Virus record (IMG/VR): IMGVR_UViG_3300030330_005139
Source: a virus
Lineage: Duplodnaviria; Caudoviricetes
Length of the DNA: 64,000 nucleotides
Reading direction: 5' to 3' (one strand)
The notes beneath the pieces were generated by a model. It did not search any database. It had not been told where the DNA came from and saw only the letters and a program-made list of their open reading frames with translations. Numbering within the stretch: position 1 is the stretch's first letter; each line of letters starts with the position of its first letter. Positions 26,855-36,589 of this stretch are shown here, one piece after another. A program made the position numbers and the translations under genes.

Positions 26855-27725
26855 TCTCAAACAGACAACGTTCATTATTCCTCTTAGGGTTGACACTGGA
26901 GACAGACTTCGTAACGTCATTCTCTCAACTTGTTTTCTCCTTCATCACTTTGACACCACCGTGATGATCAAGGAAGTTGACAGTGAGAGGAGGTTTGAAA
27001 CCTTTGCTCTTCCCATCATCAAGAGACTTGTTGACACAAAGAATCTGGTTCATGTCTTCGAAGAAGAGACGAGAACTGATGATGCCTTCCACAGGACTAA
27101 GGTTCTGAATGATATGGTGATGATGTCGAAGACTGACGTTGTTGTGAACTATGACACGGACATCATCCTCCCTGTTTCAAGTTACACAACTGCAGTGGAG
27201 ATGTTGTCTGGTGAATGTGATGTTGTTTATCCATATAAGTTTGGTGAAAGGGGAGAAAGAAAAGTCAATCTTCCTCTCACCATTGACACTCAGGAGGACA
27301 TGGATGGGTTTGAGAATAATGATTGGGTCAAGTCATTTATTGAAAGTGATTACTCACCAGACATCTTTGATCAGAATGCCTTCTATGCTCGGAATGTAAA
27401 TGGTCTTGGGTGGGCAGAGTATGGAATGGTTCAGTTCTTCAACAGACAAGTTTACATTGATGGTTACCTGGAGAACGAGGGGTTCATTGCATATGCTCCA
27501 GAGGATGTGGAGAGACATCACAGATGGAAGACGTTGGGTTATAATATTGGAAGAGTGGATACACATGCTTATCACCTTGAGCATGACAGAACTCAGAACT
27601 CATGGTACACTAACCCACACATGGTTAGGAACAATCAACTCTGGGAAGAACTGAAAGTCCTCTCAAAGGAACAATTGATTGAGTATTACACACAACAAGA
27701 TTACGTTAAGGAGAGGTTGGGATGA
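26847..27725 (+). CDS. Glycosyltransferase (GT-A fold, GT2/GT7-like)
   Basis: FIIP, DTD, ENEGF..YAPEDVE, YHLEH. Confidence 0.8.
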   Translation: MIDLKQTTFIIPLRVDTGDRLRNVILSTCFLLHHFDTTVMIKEVDSERRFETFALPIIKRLVDTKNLVHVFEEETRTDDAFHRTKVLNDMVMMSKTDVVVNYDTDIILPVSSYTTAVEMLSGECDVVYPYKFGERGERKVNLPLTIDTQEDMDGFENNDWVKSFIESDYSPDIFDQNAFYARNVNGLGWAEYGMVQFFNRQVYIDGYLENEGFIAYAPEDVERHHRWKTLGYNIGRVDTHAYHLEHDRTQNSWYTNPHMVRNNQLWEELKVLSKEQLIEYYTQQDYVKERLG

Positions 27726-28495
27726 AGTTTTGGAACCTAGTTACATTTGCTGATAAGGCCAACTCAGTAAAACAGAAATACTTGAATGATTATGCAGAGT
27801 CCTTGGGTTTGGTCACTCATCCTTACACACAAGCCTGGTTGAAGAAACAATCCTTTTACAAGAACAACAAAGAGATCCTGAGCAGTGAGACAGGTGCAGG
27901 TTATTGGTTGTGGAAACCTTACATTATTGCCAACCTGATGGATAAACTCGATGATGGTGAGTTGATTATTTACTCTGATGTTGGTGACATGTTCCATCCA
28001 GAACTCTTCCCTTATGTTGAGGATCTAATGGGTCCTGATGATCCTTGTCTTCTTTTGATTGGTGGTTTCCCTCAGAAACTCCTGACCAAGAGGGACTGTT
28101 TTGTTTATATGGATTGTGACGAAGAGGATTACTGGGAGTGTACTCAACTCGAAGGTGGAATGCAGTTCTGGAGAAACACACCAGAGGCAAGAAAGATTGT
28201 GGGTGAATGGTTGGAAGCTTGCACTGATCGAAGGATCCTCACAGACGATGAGAATGTTTCTGGTAAGGAGAACTTTGATGGATTCCGTGGACACTTCCAT
28301 GACCAGGCAGTTCTGACTAACCTGGCTTGTAAGTATGGTCTCTCTGCTGTCCCTCAACAGGATCAGATTAGAAATTACCTTGAGTGTAATGTTGATTATT
28401 GGTATGAGAGAAATGAAGAGAGTGGGTTCAACATGGGAAGACCCATTGAGTCCCTCTTGTTGCAACTGAAGGAGGATTCCCCACATGTTGCATAG
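27722..28495 (+). CDS. Putative glycosyltransferase (GT-A fold)
   Basis: GYWLWKP, YSDVG, HDQAVL. Confidence 0.65.
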   Translation: MKFWNLVTFADKANSVKQKYLNDYAESLGLVTHPYTQAWLKKQSFYKNNKEILSSETGAGYWLWKPYIIANLMDKLDDGELIIYSDVGDMFHPELFPYVEDLMGPDDPCLLLIGGFPQKLLTKRDCFVYMDCDEEDYWECTQLEGGMQFWRNTPEARKIVGEWLEACTDRRILTDDENVSGKENFDGFRGHFHDQAVLTNLACKYGLSAVPQQDQIRNYLECNVDYWYERNEESGFNMGRPIESLLLQLKEDSPHVA

Positions 28496-29288
28496 TATCA
28501 TCCTCACAGTTCACAATAAAGATTATCTCATCAAGAGTGTCATTGAAGCAATCTATCAATACACAGTGGGTGATTATGAACTCATTGTTGTTCTGGATGG
28601 TTGTACTGATAACTCAGCAGCAGTTGTCGAGAGTGTTGTGAATGATAAGACAACTGTCATCGAAACACCTGATGTCTTTGAGACCAAGGCAAACAATGCT
28701 GGGTTGAAGTTCGCAGAAGGTGATTATGCCATCATCGTTCAGGATGACATCATCGTTCAGGAACCTGGTTGGAACTTGAGAATGATGGAACCATTTGAGG
28801 TGTTTGATGATGTGTTTGCCGTCACTGCTAACACAGCACACAACTGGGTTCCCAATCCTCACTCACTTCATCTGGGAATGAAGGAAGACCTTGACTCCTG
28901 TTGGTGTGACATCCTCCACCACACAGACCATGCACAGAGAAAGAACACTCCAAGAAATGAATTTGCTGTCAGAGCAACTGCTAATCGTGGTCCTCTGATG
29001 ATTGACATGTCTGATCTGAAGAAGTTGAATTACTTTGATGAGGAGTTTGCACCACAGGACATGGATGATCATGATCTGATGTTTAGGATGCACAAGGAGT
29101 TAAATAAGGTGTGTGGTTGTTATTGGATTGACTTCGAATCAAGAGATGAGTGGGGTGGAACCAGAGTGTCTGGATCTGTTGCTCCTTGGTTGTTGAAGGC
29201 AAACCAAAAGAACATGAAACTGTTCTATCAAAGACATAAAGATCTTATTGATATGAATTACAACAATGAGAACCGTTTGATTAAATGA
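28485..29288 (+). CDS. Glycosyltransferase family 2
   Basis: IILTVHN, IVVLDGCTDNS, QDD. Confidence 0.85.
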   Translation: MLHSIILTVHNKDYLIKSVIEAIYQYTVGDYELIVVLDGCTDNSAAVVESVVNDKTTVIETPDVFETKANNAGLKFAEGDYAIIVQDDIIVQEPGWNLRMMEPFEVFDDVFAVTANTAHNWVPNPHSLHLGMKEDLDSCWCDILHHTDHAQRKNTPRNEFAVRATANRGPLMIDMSDLKKLNYFDEEFAPQDMDDHDLMFRMHKELNKVCGCYWIDFESRDEWGGTRVSGSVAPWLLKANQKNMKLFYQRHKDLIDMNYNNENRLIK

Positions 29289-29926
29289 CTTATTCTAAGA
29301 GATTCAGCAGCAAATTCTTTTCTAAACTTCTTCAACCAGCAGGAAACAATCCTCAGAGGGACAGGGCATCCTCTTTGGAAATTGTGTTTGAGGAACTCGA
29401 TAAGAAGAAGACCAAAGACTTTTTTATCGTAGAGACAGGTTGCATGAGACCTGACCATGGACACCTAACCTTTGGTGATGATGGTGCCAGCACTTACATC
29501 TGGGATGACTTCGTCAATTATTACGAAGGAGATGTGGCTTCTGTTGACATCAACCAGGTCAATGTTGATTATGCCAATGCGAACACGTCGGATAAGACAC
29601 AAGTTTACTGTCAGGACTCTGTTGAGTACCTGTGGGGTCTATCTCCGAAGAGAAAGATTGATTTCCTTTACCTTGATTCCTACGATTTCGTTCCTACTGA
29701 TCCTGTTCCTTCACAACTTCACCATGTGAAAGAACTCTGTGCGTGTATGAAGAATCTCAAGAAGGGAACCATCATTGCTGTTGATGACCATCTAAACACT
29801 CCTGTGTTCGATCAGTACAGATCAACTCTCGCACAGGGTGGGAAGGCAAGGTTTGTCGAGGACTTCATGAATAATATTGGAGCAGAACTCCTTCATGATG
29901 GGTATCAGATTGTATGGAGACTTTAA
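29285..29926 (+). CDS. SAM-dependent methyltransferase (class I)
   Basis: IVETG, SVDI, DSV, IDFLYLDS, IAVDD. Confidence 0.75.
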   Translation: MTYSKRFSSKFFSKLLQPAGNNPQRDRASSLEIVFEELDKKKTKDFFIVETGCMRPDHGHLTFGDDGASTYIWDDFVNYYEGDVASVDINQVNVDYANANTSDKTQVYCQDSVEYLWGLSPKRKIDFLYLDSYDFVPTDPVPSQLHHVKELCACMKNLKKGTIIAVDDHLNTPVFDQYRSTLAQGGKARFVEDFMNNIGAELLHDGYQIVWRL

Positions 29927-30348
29927 ATTTAAGACATGATGGTGATCCTTGTTTGAGGAGAGTGTCTCGTAAAGTGAAGTACTTTGATAAGTCTTTGGGT
30001 GATCTTTTGGACGAGATGAGAAGGATTATTAAAATTGAAAATGGTGTTGGTCTTGCTGCTCCTCAGGTTGGTGTCAACACACGAGTTATTCTTGTGATTG
30101 ATGAGGAGATTGTTGAGATGATCAACCCTGAGATCACCTGGACATCCCCTGAGTGTGTTATGATGGAGGAAGGATGTTTGAGTATTCCGGAACATTACAT
30201 TAATATCGAGAGACCGAGAGAAATCAAGGTTAAGTTCCAAACAAGAAAGGGTAAGTATAAGAAGTGGAAATTGAAAGGACTCCAAGCAAGGATTGTTCTA
30301 CATGAGGTTGATCATTTAGATGGGAAGTTGATGACGGACTATGAGTGA
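29914..30348 (+). CDS. def: Peptide deformylase
   Basis: GVGLAAPQVG, EGCLSIP, HEVDHLDG. Confidence 0.96.
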   Translation: METLNLRHDGDPCLRRVSRKVKYFDKSLGDLLDEMRRIIKIENGVGLAAPQVGVNTRVILVIDEEIVEMINPEITWTSPECVMMEEGCLSIPEHYINIERPREIKVKFQTRKGKYKKWKLKGLQARIVLHEVDHLDGKLMTDYE

Positions 30349-31102
30349 TGTTTTATTGAGACCATGGCATGGAGGACTGGGGGATCACCTCCAGTTTTCT
30401 ACTCTGCCTGAAGAGTTTCACAAACAACAAGGGAGAAAGACTTATCTTCTTGATGGAGCAGAGTTCCGCAATGAGGAGATTTATAAACTCGTCTGGGAAC
30501 ACAATCCTTATGTCCTGGATGTGAAGGAGGGTGAGTGGAACGCTGGTGACCTTCCTCACTTTGACATGTCAGAGTGTAAGACTGGAAACTGGATTAGTAA
30601 CTGGGAAAGACTTCATGGTCTGGAACCAACAAACACGAGACCAAAGATTTATTATGAACCACAAAAGGTTGATGGTCTTAGTGACACCATCTTAGTGGAC
30701 CTCTCAAGTATCTCCATCAGTCACGATGGAAAGGTTCTTGGTTATACCGTGGAGGAAATTGAGAAGACTTTTCAAAAGGTCCGGAAAATTTTTTCTGGTA
30801 AGAAATTCGTCTCCATAAGATTCAAAAATTACATCGCCGATGACATCAACAGGTTCGAACCAGAAGTGGATGAGACTCTGGAGATCGAGAGCATCTTTCA
30901 TTATTGCGATGTGATTCGATCTTCGTTTGGAATCTGTTGCCTTTACAGTGGACCGATGGTTCTCTCAACGGCAATTCAAAGATTCAACCCAGACTTAAAG
31001 ATCTTCTGCATTACTTCACCGCTCACATTTAACAGTGACAGAATTCAGAAACAAGGGATGTTTTATTTCCCTGAGTACGTTGATTACATGGTAACAGAAT
31101 GA
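30341..31102 (+). CDS. Putative glycosyltransferase (GT9/heptosyltransferase-like)
   Basis: GGLGD, NPYV, SGPM motifs resemble GT9. Confidence 0.5.
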   Translation: MSDVLLRPWHGGLGDHLQFSTLPEEFHKQQGRKTYLLDGAEFRNEEIYKLVWEHNPYVLDVKEGEWNAGDLPHFDMSECKTGNWISNWERLHGLEPTNTRPKIYYEPQKVDGLSDTILVDLSSISISHDGKVLGYTVEEIEKTFQKVRKIFSGKKFVSIRFKNYIADDINRFEPEVDETLEIESIFHYCDVIRSSFGICCLYSGPMVLSTAIQRFNPDLKIFCITSPLTFNSDRIQKQGMFYFPEYVDYMVTE

Positions 31103-31758
31103 ATAACAGAGTTTTTATTACAGGGTGTGGGAGTGGACTCGGTCTGTCTCTTTATAAGAAAGCAAGTGGGACATCCGCTGTGTTTCCCCATTACCGTAAG
31201 GGAGACCCAACAATTGCAAGATTGATCGGAGACCTGAGAGATCCTGACTTTCCTGATAAGGTTGATGAGTTTATTCGTCGGTGTGACATCAATGTGTTCA
31301 TCAACAATGCTGGTGTTCATCTGAGTAAGTCTCCGAGAAGAACAACGGATGAAGAAGTGGATGAAGTGATTGGAAGTAATCTGACTTCACAGATTAAAGT
31401 TATCAACAGAGTTTACAATTACTTTGTTGAGAAGAATGATGGAATGATTATCAACATCAACTCTCTGTGTGTCAGACATCCGTCACCAACAGAGACTGTT
31501 TATTGTGCTTCTAAGTTTGGTCTGTTGGGGTTCTCGAAGGCACTTCAGATTGATGCTCTGGGACGAAACGTGGAGATTGTTGATGTCTTCCCTGGAGCAG
31601 TTCAAACAAGAATGACAAGAAACAGAGATAATTATGAAACTCTGATGTCCGCTGATGAGGTGGCAGAGGAGGTTATTTCCCTGCTTGATAAAAGAGGGAA
31701 AACGTTTTATAATAGTGAAGTGGTACTTAGAAAGAGAAATGAAAGCAGCGGTTCTTGA
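31099..31758 (+). CDS. Short-chain dehydrogenase/reductase
   Basis: TGCGSGLG, NNAG, YCASK. Confidence 0.9.
   Translation: MNNRVFITGCGSGLGLSLYKKASGTSAVFPHYRKGDPTIARLIGDLRDPDFPDKVDEFIRRCDINVFINNAGVHLSKSPRRTTDEEVDEVIGSNLTSQIKVINRVYNYFVEKNDGMIININSLCVRHPSPTETVYCASKFGLLGFSKALQIDALGRNVEIVDVFPGAVQTRMTRNRDNYETLMSADEVAEEVISLLDKRGKTFYNSEVVLRKRNESSGS
31685..31713 (+). promoter_or_regulatory. Internal sigma70-type promoter
   Basis: TTGATA, 17 bp spacer, TATAAT. Confidence 0.6.
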
Positions 31759-32752
31759 GAAGCTGAACTCACCACTGGCAGTTCGGGAGGTTGAACTGAC
31801 TCCTCTGTCAATTGGTCAAGTTCTCGTGAGGGTACTGACAAGTGGAATCTGTGGAGCTCAACTCCATGAGATCAAAGGTTACAAGGGAAATGAAAAGTTT
31901 CTTCCACACCTGATGGGTCATGAGGGGTGTGGAATTGTGGAGTCTGTTGGTCTGGGTGTCAACACTGTGAAGGTTGGAGATAAGGTTGTGATGCACTGGA
32001 GACCAGGTGATGGAATTGAATCACCGTTTCCCTCTTACATTCTTGATGGAAAGAGAATCTCAAGTGGAAAAGTAACAACACTCAGTGAGTATTCAATTGT
32101 CTCTGAGAACCGACTGACAAAGATTGATCCCAAAACACCAACAGTCTTGGCTGCAATGTTGGGTTGTTCGATGACCACAGCTCTGGGTTTGATTGACAAT
32201 GAGATCAACCTGAAGTTTGGTGAGAGTGTTGCTGTCATTGGTTGTGGTGGGGTGGGACTCAATCTCATTCAGGGATTGAAGATGAAAGGCGCTCATCAGA
32301 TCTTTGGTGTTGATGTCAATCAGTCTCTGGGTGACATGGTTCTGGATCTTGGAGCTGATTACTTCCTTTACAACATTGATGCTCTTCAACATGTGGATGT
32401 TGTCATTGACACCACGGGTAACCCATCTGTAATTGGGAAGGCATATGAGAGGCTAAATCCTAGTGGTCGTTTGATTCTTGTGGGACAACCAGCACCGAAG
32501 ATGGGAATTGCAATTCCAAATGCAGTCTCCATGTTTGAGGGTTCTGGTAAAACCATCAAGGCAACACAGGGTGGAATGACAAATCCAACTGTGGACATTC
32601 CTCGTTACATCGACTTGGCACTTGCTGGGAAACTGGATTACGAGAGCATTCACACTCACACATACACACTGGATGAAGTGAATGACGCATTTGACCTCCT
32701 TCGAAGTGGAAATGCAGGAAGGATTATGATCAAGATTGGAGAAGAACAATGA
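31739..32752 (+). CDS. Zn-dependent alcohol dehydrogenase (MDR family)
   Basis: GICG, GHEGCG, VGDKV, GCGGVG. Confidence 0.9.
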   Translation: MKAAVLEKLNSPLAVREVELTPLSIGQVLVRVLTSGICGAQLHEIKGYKGNEKFLPHLMGHEGCGIVESVGLGVNTVKVGDKVVMHWRPGDGIESPFPSYILDGKRISSGKVTTLSEYSIVSENRLTKIDPKTPTVLAAMLGCSMTTALGLIDNEINLKFGESVAVIGCGGVGLNLIQGLKMKGAHQIFGVDVNQSLGDMVLDLGADYFLYNIDALQHVDVVIDTTGNPSVIGKAYERLNPSGRLILVGQPAPKMGIAIPNAVSMFEGSGKTIKATQGGMTNPTVDIPRYIDLALAGKLDYESIHTHTYTLDEVNDAFDLLRSGNAGRIMIKIGEEQ

Positions 32753-33963
32753 GAAAACAATGGACTAAACAGGAACTGATTGACTTTGAGAGTGAGATTG
32801 GTGTTCTTTATGAGAACAATCAACTCCCTTTCTTGTTTCACCTCTCAGGAGGAAATGAAGATCAACTCATTGATATCTTCAGTCAAATCAATGAAGGAGA
32901 CTGGGTGATTTCGAATCACAGAAGTCATTACCATGCACTTCTTCATGGCATTCCTCCTGAGATTGTCAAACAAAGAATCATCGATGGACGAAGCATGTTC
33001 ATCTATGACAACCAACGGAAGTTCTTTGTCTCTGCAATCATTGGTGGAACTCCTGCCATTGCTGCTGGAATTGCCTGGGCGTTGAAGAAGAAAGGAAGTC
33101 AGAATAAGGTCTGGTGTTTCATTGGTGATGGAACAGAAGATAACGGACACCTGTTTGAGGCTGCTCGTTATGTTGATGGTTGGAATCTTCCTTGTAACTT
33201 TGTGATTGAGAGTAACAATCGATCTGTGGAAGCATCCAATGAAGATCGTTGGGGGACTCAATCAAACCTTCAGTGGAACTTTGATTGTGTGACCAAGTAT
33301 GAATATGAATGTTCTTATCCTCACTGTCGTAAGCCTGGAATGATTGACCTGGAAGAGACTCTGAAGGTCAAGAAGACCGACGAAGAGTACTTCCCTCCTC
33401 TTCCTGACTTTAAGTATCCTGACCTTCCTCTAAAACTTCTGGAGGATGACAAACCCACTTACAAGGAGGGTGTCAAGAGATCGATGCAGAAACTGGCTGA
33501 GAGAGGTGCCATCTTCATTGGTTACAACGTAAAGTATGGAAAGGCAATGGGAACACTTGAGGGTGTTCCTGATGACCAACTGGTGGAGACACCAGTGGCG
33601 GAGAACCTGATGTCAGGACTGGCCATTGGAATGAGTCTTGAAGGTTTCCTTCCTGTCATTTACTTCGAACGACATGATTTCATGTTGGTGGCAGCAGATG
33701 CCATTGTGAATCACATTGATAAGATTGAACGCATTTCTCATGGTGAGTTCAAGGTTCCTGTTATAATGAGAGCTGTGACCGCAGACGCTGGTCCATTCTA
33801 CTCTGGTCCAACACACTCACAGAACCTGACGGAAATGTTTAGACGAGCTGTTGACTTCCCTGTCATTTGTCCTCAGGATGGTCTTGGTGTGATTTGGGCT
33901 GTGGATGGAGCACTTGCAAGTGGTCAACCCATGATGATGATTGAGAAGAAATCACTTTACTGA
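32749..33963 (+). CDS. Fused TPP-dependent E1 alpha/beta (transketolase-like) enzyme
   Basis: HLSGG.E, HRSH, GDG..NN TPP motif, ETPVAEN, GPTHSQ. Confidence 0.85.
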   Translation: MRKQWTKQELIDFESEIGVLYENNQLPFLFHLSGGNEDQLIDIFSQINEGDWVISNHRSHYHALLHGIPPEIVKQRIIDGRSMFIYDNQRKFFVSAIIGGTPAIAAGIAWALKKKGSQNKVWCFIGDGTEDNGHLFEAARYVDGWNLPCNFVIESNNRSVEASNEDRWGTQSNLQWNFDCVTKYEYECSYPHCRKPGMIDLEETLKVKKTDEEYFPPLPDFKYPDLPLKLLEDDKPTYKEGVKRSMQKLAERGAIFIGYNVKYGKAMGTLEGVPDDQLVETPVAENLMSGLAIGMSLEGFLPVIYFERHDFMLVAADAIVNHIDKIERISHGEFKVPVIMRAVTADAGPFYSGPTHSQNLTEMFRRAVDFPVICPQDGLGVIWAVDGALASGQPMMMIEKKSLY

Positions 33964-33964
33964 C

Positions 33965-34708
33965 ATGACAAAGAAACGTATTCTTGTTATTGGTGACAGT
34001 TGTAGAGACGTTTACACTTATTGTGAGGCTTCACGTCTGGCTCCGGATCGTCCGGTCCCAGTCTTGGAACCTGTTCGTGTAGATAAGATGCCTGGGATGG
34101 CAATGAATGTCTACGAGAACTTGATTAAGATGACACCGAAGAGTGGTGTGGACATTGTTACAAACTCTAACTGGAAATCAATTCGTAAAGAACGATTTGT
34201 TGATTCCAAGAGTAACCACATGTTTGTTCGTGTGGATCATGGTGACGAAGTTGAGAGGTGTGATGTGAGTCAACTCAACCTTGATTATGACTGCATTGTT
34301 ATTTCAGATTACGATAAAGGTTTTCTTACAGAATCTGACATTGATGAGATCTGTCGGAAACATGACAATGTGATCCTGGACACAAAGAAACAACTGGGTG
34401 TCTGGGCAACAGACGCAACGTGGATCAAGATCAATCAACATGAGTATGAGAGGTCGGAAGTCTTCATTAAAAGATACATACCAGACAACATTATCAAAAC
34501 ACTTGGTGGTGAGGGGTGTGAGTTTGATGGACAGGTTTATCCTGTGTTAAAAAAGAAACAAGTTATTGATGTTTCTGGTGCTGGTGACACCTTTTTAGCT
34601 GCTTTTGTGGTAAGGTGGTGTCAAGATAAAGATGTGGTTGGTGCAATCAAAGTTGCCAATCACATGGCATCTAAAGTCGTATCTAAAAGAGGAACAAGTA
34701 CACCATGA
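33965..34708 (+). CDS. Heptose-7-phosphate kinase (HldE/RfaE kinase domain, PfkB family)
   Basis: ILVIGD..D.Y, PVPV, ISDYDKG, DVSGAGDTF. Confidence 0.85.
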   Translation: MTKKRILVIGDSCRDVYTYCEASRLAPDRPVPVLEPVRVDKMPGMAMNVYENLIKMTPKSGVDIVTNSNWKSIRKERFVDSKSNHMFVRVDHGDEVERCDVSQLNLDYDCIVISDYDKGFLTESDIDEICRKHDNVILDTKKQLGVWATDATWIKINQHEYERSEVFIKRYIPDNIIKTLGGEGCEFDGQVYPVLKKKQVIDVSGAGDTFLAAFVVRWCQDKDVVGAIKVANHMASKVVSKRGTSTP

Positions 34709-35511
34709 CGGCGATTGTAACGGGACATAAAGGTTTCATTGGACGGAACCTTTATAACACCCTGAAGGTAATGGGTCATGATCCTCTTGGGGTTGAGATT
34801 AACAGCGCTTGGAGTTTCTTAGAGAACTTCAATAACTGGAAAGATGTAAGTGCTGTTTATCACCTCGGTGCAATTTCTGACACCAGGGAGACTGATCTTG
34901 ATAAGATTTACAATTACAACATTGACTTCAGTCGAGCTTTGTTTGAGGCTTGTGCCATCAATGGAGTTCCCGTGAAGACTGCATCATCTGCAAGTGTTTA
35001 TGGTAACCTTGTTCATGAAATCAACCCTCTCAATTATTATTCTCTGTCCAAACTGACGATGGACTATTGGATTGAGGAACACATGGCACACTTCCCTTTG
35101 ATCCAATCATTCAGGTTCTTCAATGTTTATGGGGATGGTGAGGAAGATAAGGTCAGGAAAGGGACAGCTTCTCCTGTTTCCACATTCATTCACCAGGCAA
35201 AGACCAAGGGGGTTGTCAAGGTCTTCACGGGGTCAGAGGACTTCATGAGGGACTTTGTTTGTGTGAGGGATGTTGTCTCTCTGATGATCAAGAATGATGA
35301 ACCGAGTGGTGTTTATGATCTTGGAACAAGTCAGCCAATCTCATTCCAGATGGTGGCAGAGTTGATCTGTGCAAAGTATGGAGCAAAGATAAAGGAAGTC
35401 CCCTTCCCCGAAGACTTGGATGGTAAGTATCAAATCTTCACCTCAGCCAAGAAGGATTTCAATCATCAGTTCATTACTGTGAGAGATTATTTGGAGTCAA
35501 TTCATGAGTAA
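34705..35511 (+). CDS. hldD: ADP-L-glycero-D-manno-heptose 6-epimerase
   Basis: TGHKGFIG, HLGAISDT, ASSASVYG, PLNYYSLSK, RFFNVYG, GKYQ. Confidence 0.85.
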   Translation: MTAIVTGHKGFIGRNLYNTLKVMGHDPLGVEINSAWSFLENFNNWKDVSAVYHLGAISDTRETDLDKIYNYNIDFSRALFEACAINGVPVKTASSASVYGNLVHEINPLNYYSLSKLTMDYWIEEHMAHFPLIQSFRFFNVYGDGEEDKVRKGTASPVSTFIHQAKTKGVVKVFTGSEDFMRDFVCVRDVVSLMIKNDEPSGVYDLGTSQPISFQMVAELICAKYGAKIKEVPFPEDLDGKYQIFTSAKKDFNHQFITVRDYLESIHE

Positions 35512-35914
35512 GATTGTTTGGACAAATGGGTGCTTTGACATCCTTCACCCTGGTCACATTGAACTCTTCAAGATTGGTAAGACACTTTCCAATGGAGGGA
35601 AGTTGATTGTTGGTCTTGATTATGATGAGAAGGTGAAGGTGGATAAGGGTCCTGAGAGACCCATCAACACTTTTCAAGACAGGAAGATCATGCTAGAATG
35701 CATTAAATACATTGATGTTGTTCTTGGATTTGGATCAAGGAAGGAACTTGAAGACCTCATTGAACTACACAAACCTGACATTCTAATTGATGGAGGAGAA
35801 TGGCGCCATGATGGAGTGGGACGAGAATTTGCGAAGGAGACTCGGTTTTTCGATCGGGTCGGAGGATATTCCTCCAGTAAAATCATCGAAAGAATCCGCA
35901 GCAGATCCAATTAA
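35504..35914 (+). CDS. Heptose-1-phosphate adenylyltransferase (HldE/RfaE domain II)
   Basis: TNGCFDILHPGH, KGPERP, SSSKII. Confidence 0.88.
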   Translation: MSKIVWTNGCFDILHPGHIELFKIGKTLSNGGKLIVGLDYDEKVKVDKGPERPINTFQDRKIMLECIKYIDVVLGFGSRKELEDLIELHKPDILIDGGEWRHDGVGREFAKETRFFDRVGGYSSSKIIERIRSRSN

Positions 35915-36251
35915 GTTTGTCCCCAAAGGTTGGGGATACGAAAAGTGGATTGCCAATGGACCTGAATACTGTGGTAAGCTTTTGTTTATTGCAAAGGATA
36001 GGAGATGTTCATGGCATTTCCATGAACTGAAAGATGAAGTCTTCTTCGTTTACAGAGGTGCCATTGAAGTTTATCATTCTAATGATGATCTTCTTGAGAG
36101 TGCAGACATGACTCTCCTTGGTCCTGGTGAGAAGTTTCATGTTCCTCGTGGGATGAGACACCAGATGGTTGCTCTTGCTGACACAGAGTTGTTTGAGTTC
36201 AGTACTCAACACTTTGATTCAGATTCCCACAGACTTATCAAAGGGGACTAA
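35808..36251 (+). CDS. Cupin (sugar isomerase-like); start uncertain
   Basis: KGWGYE, SWHFH..KDE, RHQ, EFSTQHFDSDS.R. Confidence 0.75.
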   Translation: MMEWDENLRRRLGFSIGSEDIPPVKSSKESAADPIKFVPKGWGYEKWIANGPEYCGKLLFIAKDRRCSWHFHELKDEVFFVYRGAIEVYHSNDDLLESADMTLLGPGEKFHVPRGMRHQMVALADTELFEFSTQHFDSDSHRLIKGD

Positions 36252-36589
36252 TGAAGAGGTATTGTATTGACATTGATGGTACAATCTGTACCCCCACAGT
36301 TGGAAGAGGTTATGAACTTGCTGAACCTTTCCCTGACAGGATCGCAAGCATCAATGAGATGTATGATCAAGGACATTATATTATCTTCTTTACTGCAAGA
36401 GCGATGGGTCGATTCTGTGGTGACCCTGACGACAGACAGAAAGCTGAGGATCTTATGAGAGATCTCACAGAAAAACAACTTGAGAAGTGGGGAGTGAAGT
36501 ATCATGAACTTCTTTTCGGTAAACCACACGCCGATGTTTTCATCGACGACAAAGCTGTAAGTGACACGGATTGGTTCTGTTATGGTTAG
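36251..36589 (+). CDS. HAD-family phosphatase (capsule-biosynthesis type)
   Basis: DIDGT, FTAR, GKP..FIDDKA. Confidence 0.85.
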   Translation: MKRYCIDIDGTICTPTVGRGYELAEPFPDRIASINEMYDQGHYIIFFTARAMGRFCGDPDDRQKAEDLMRDLTEKQLEKWGVKYHELLFGKPHADVFIDDKAVSDTDWFCYG

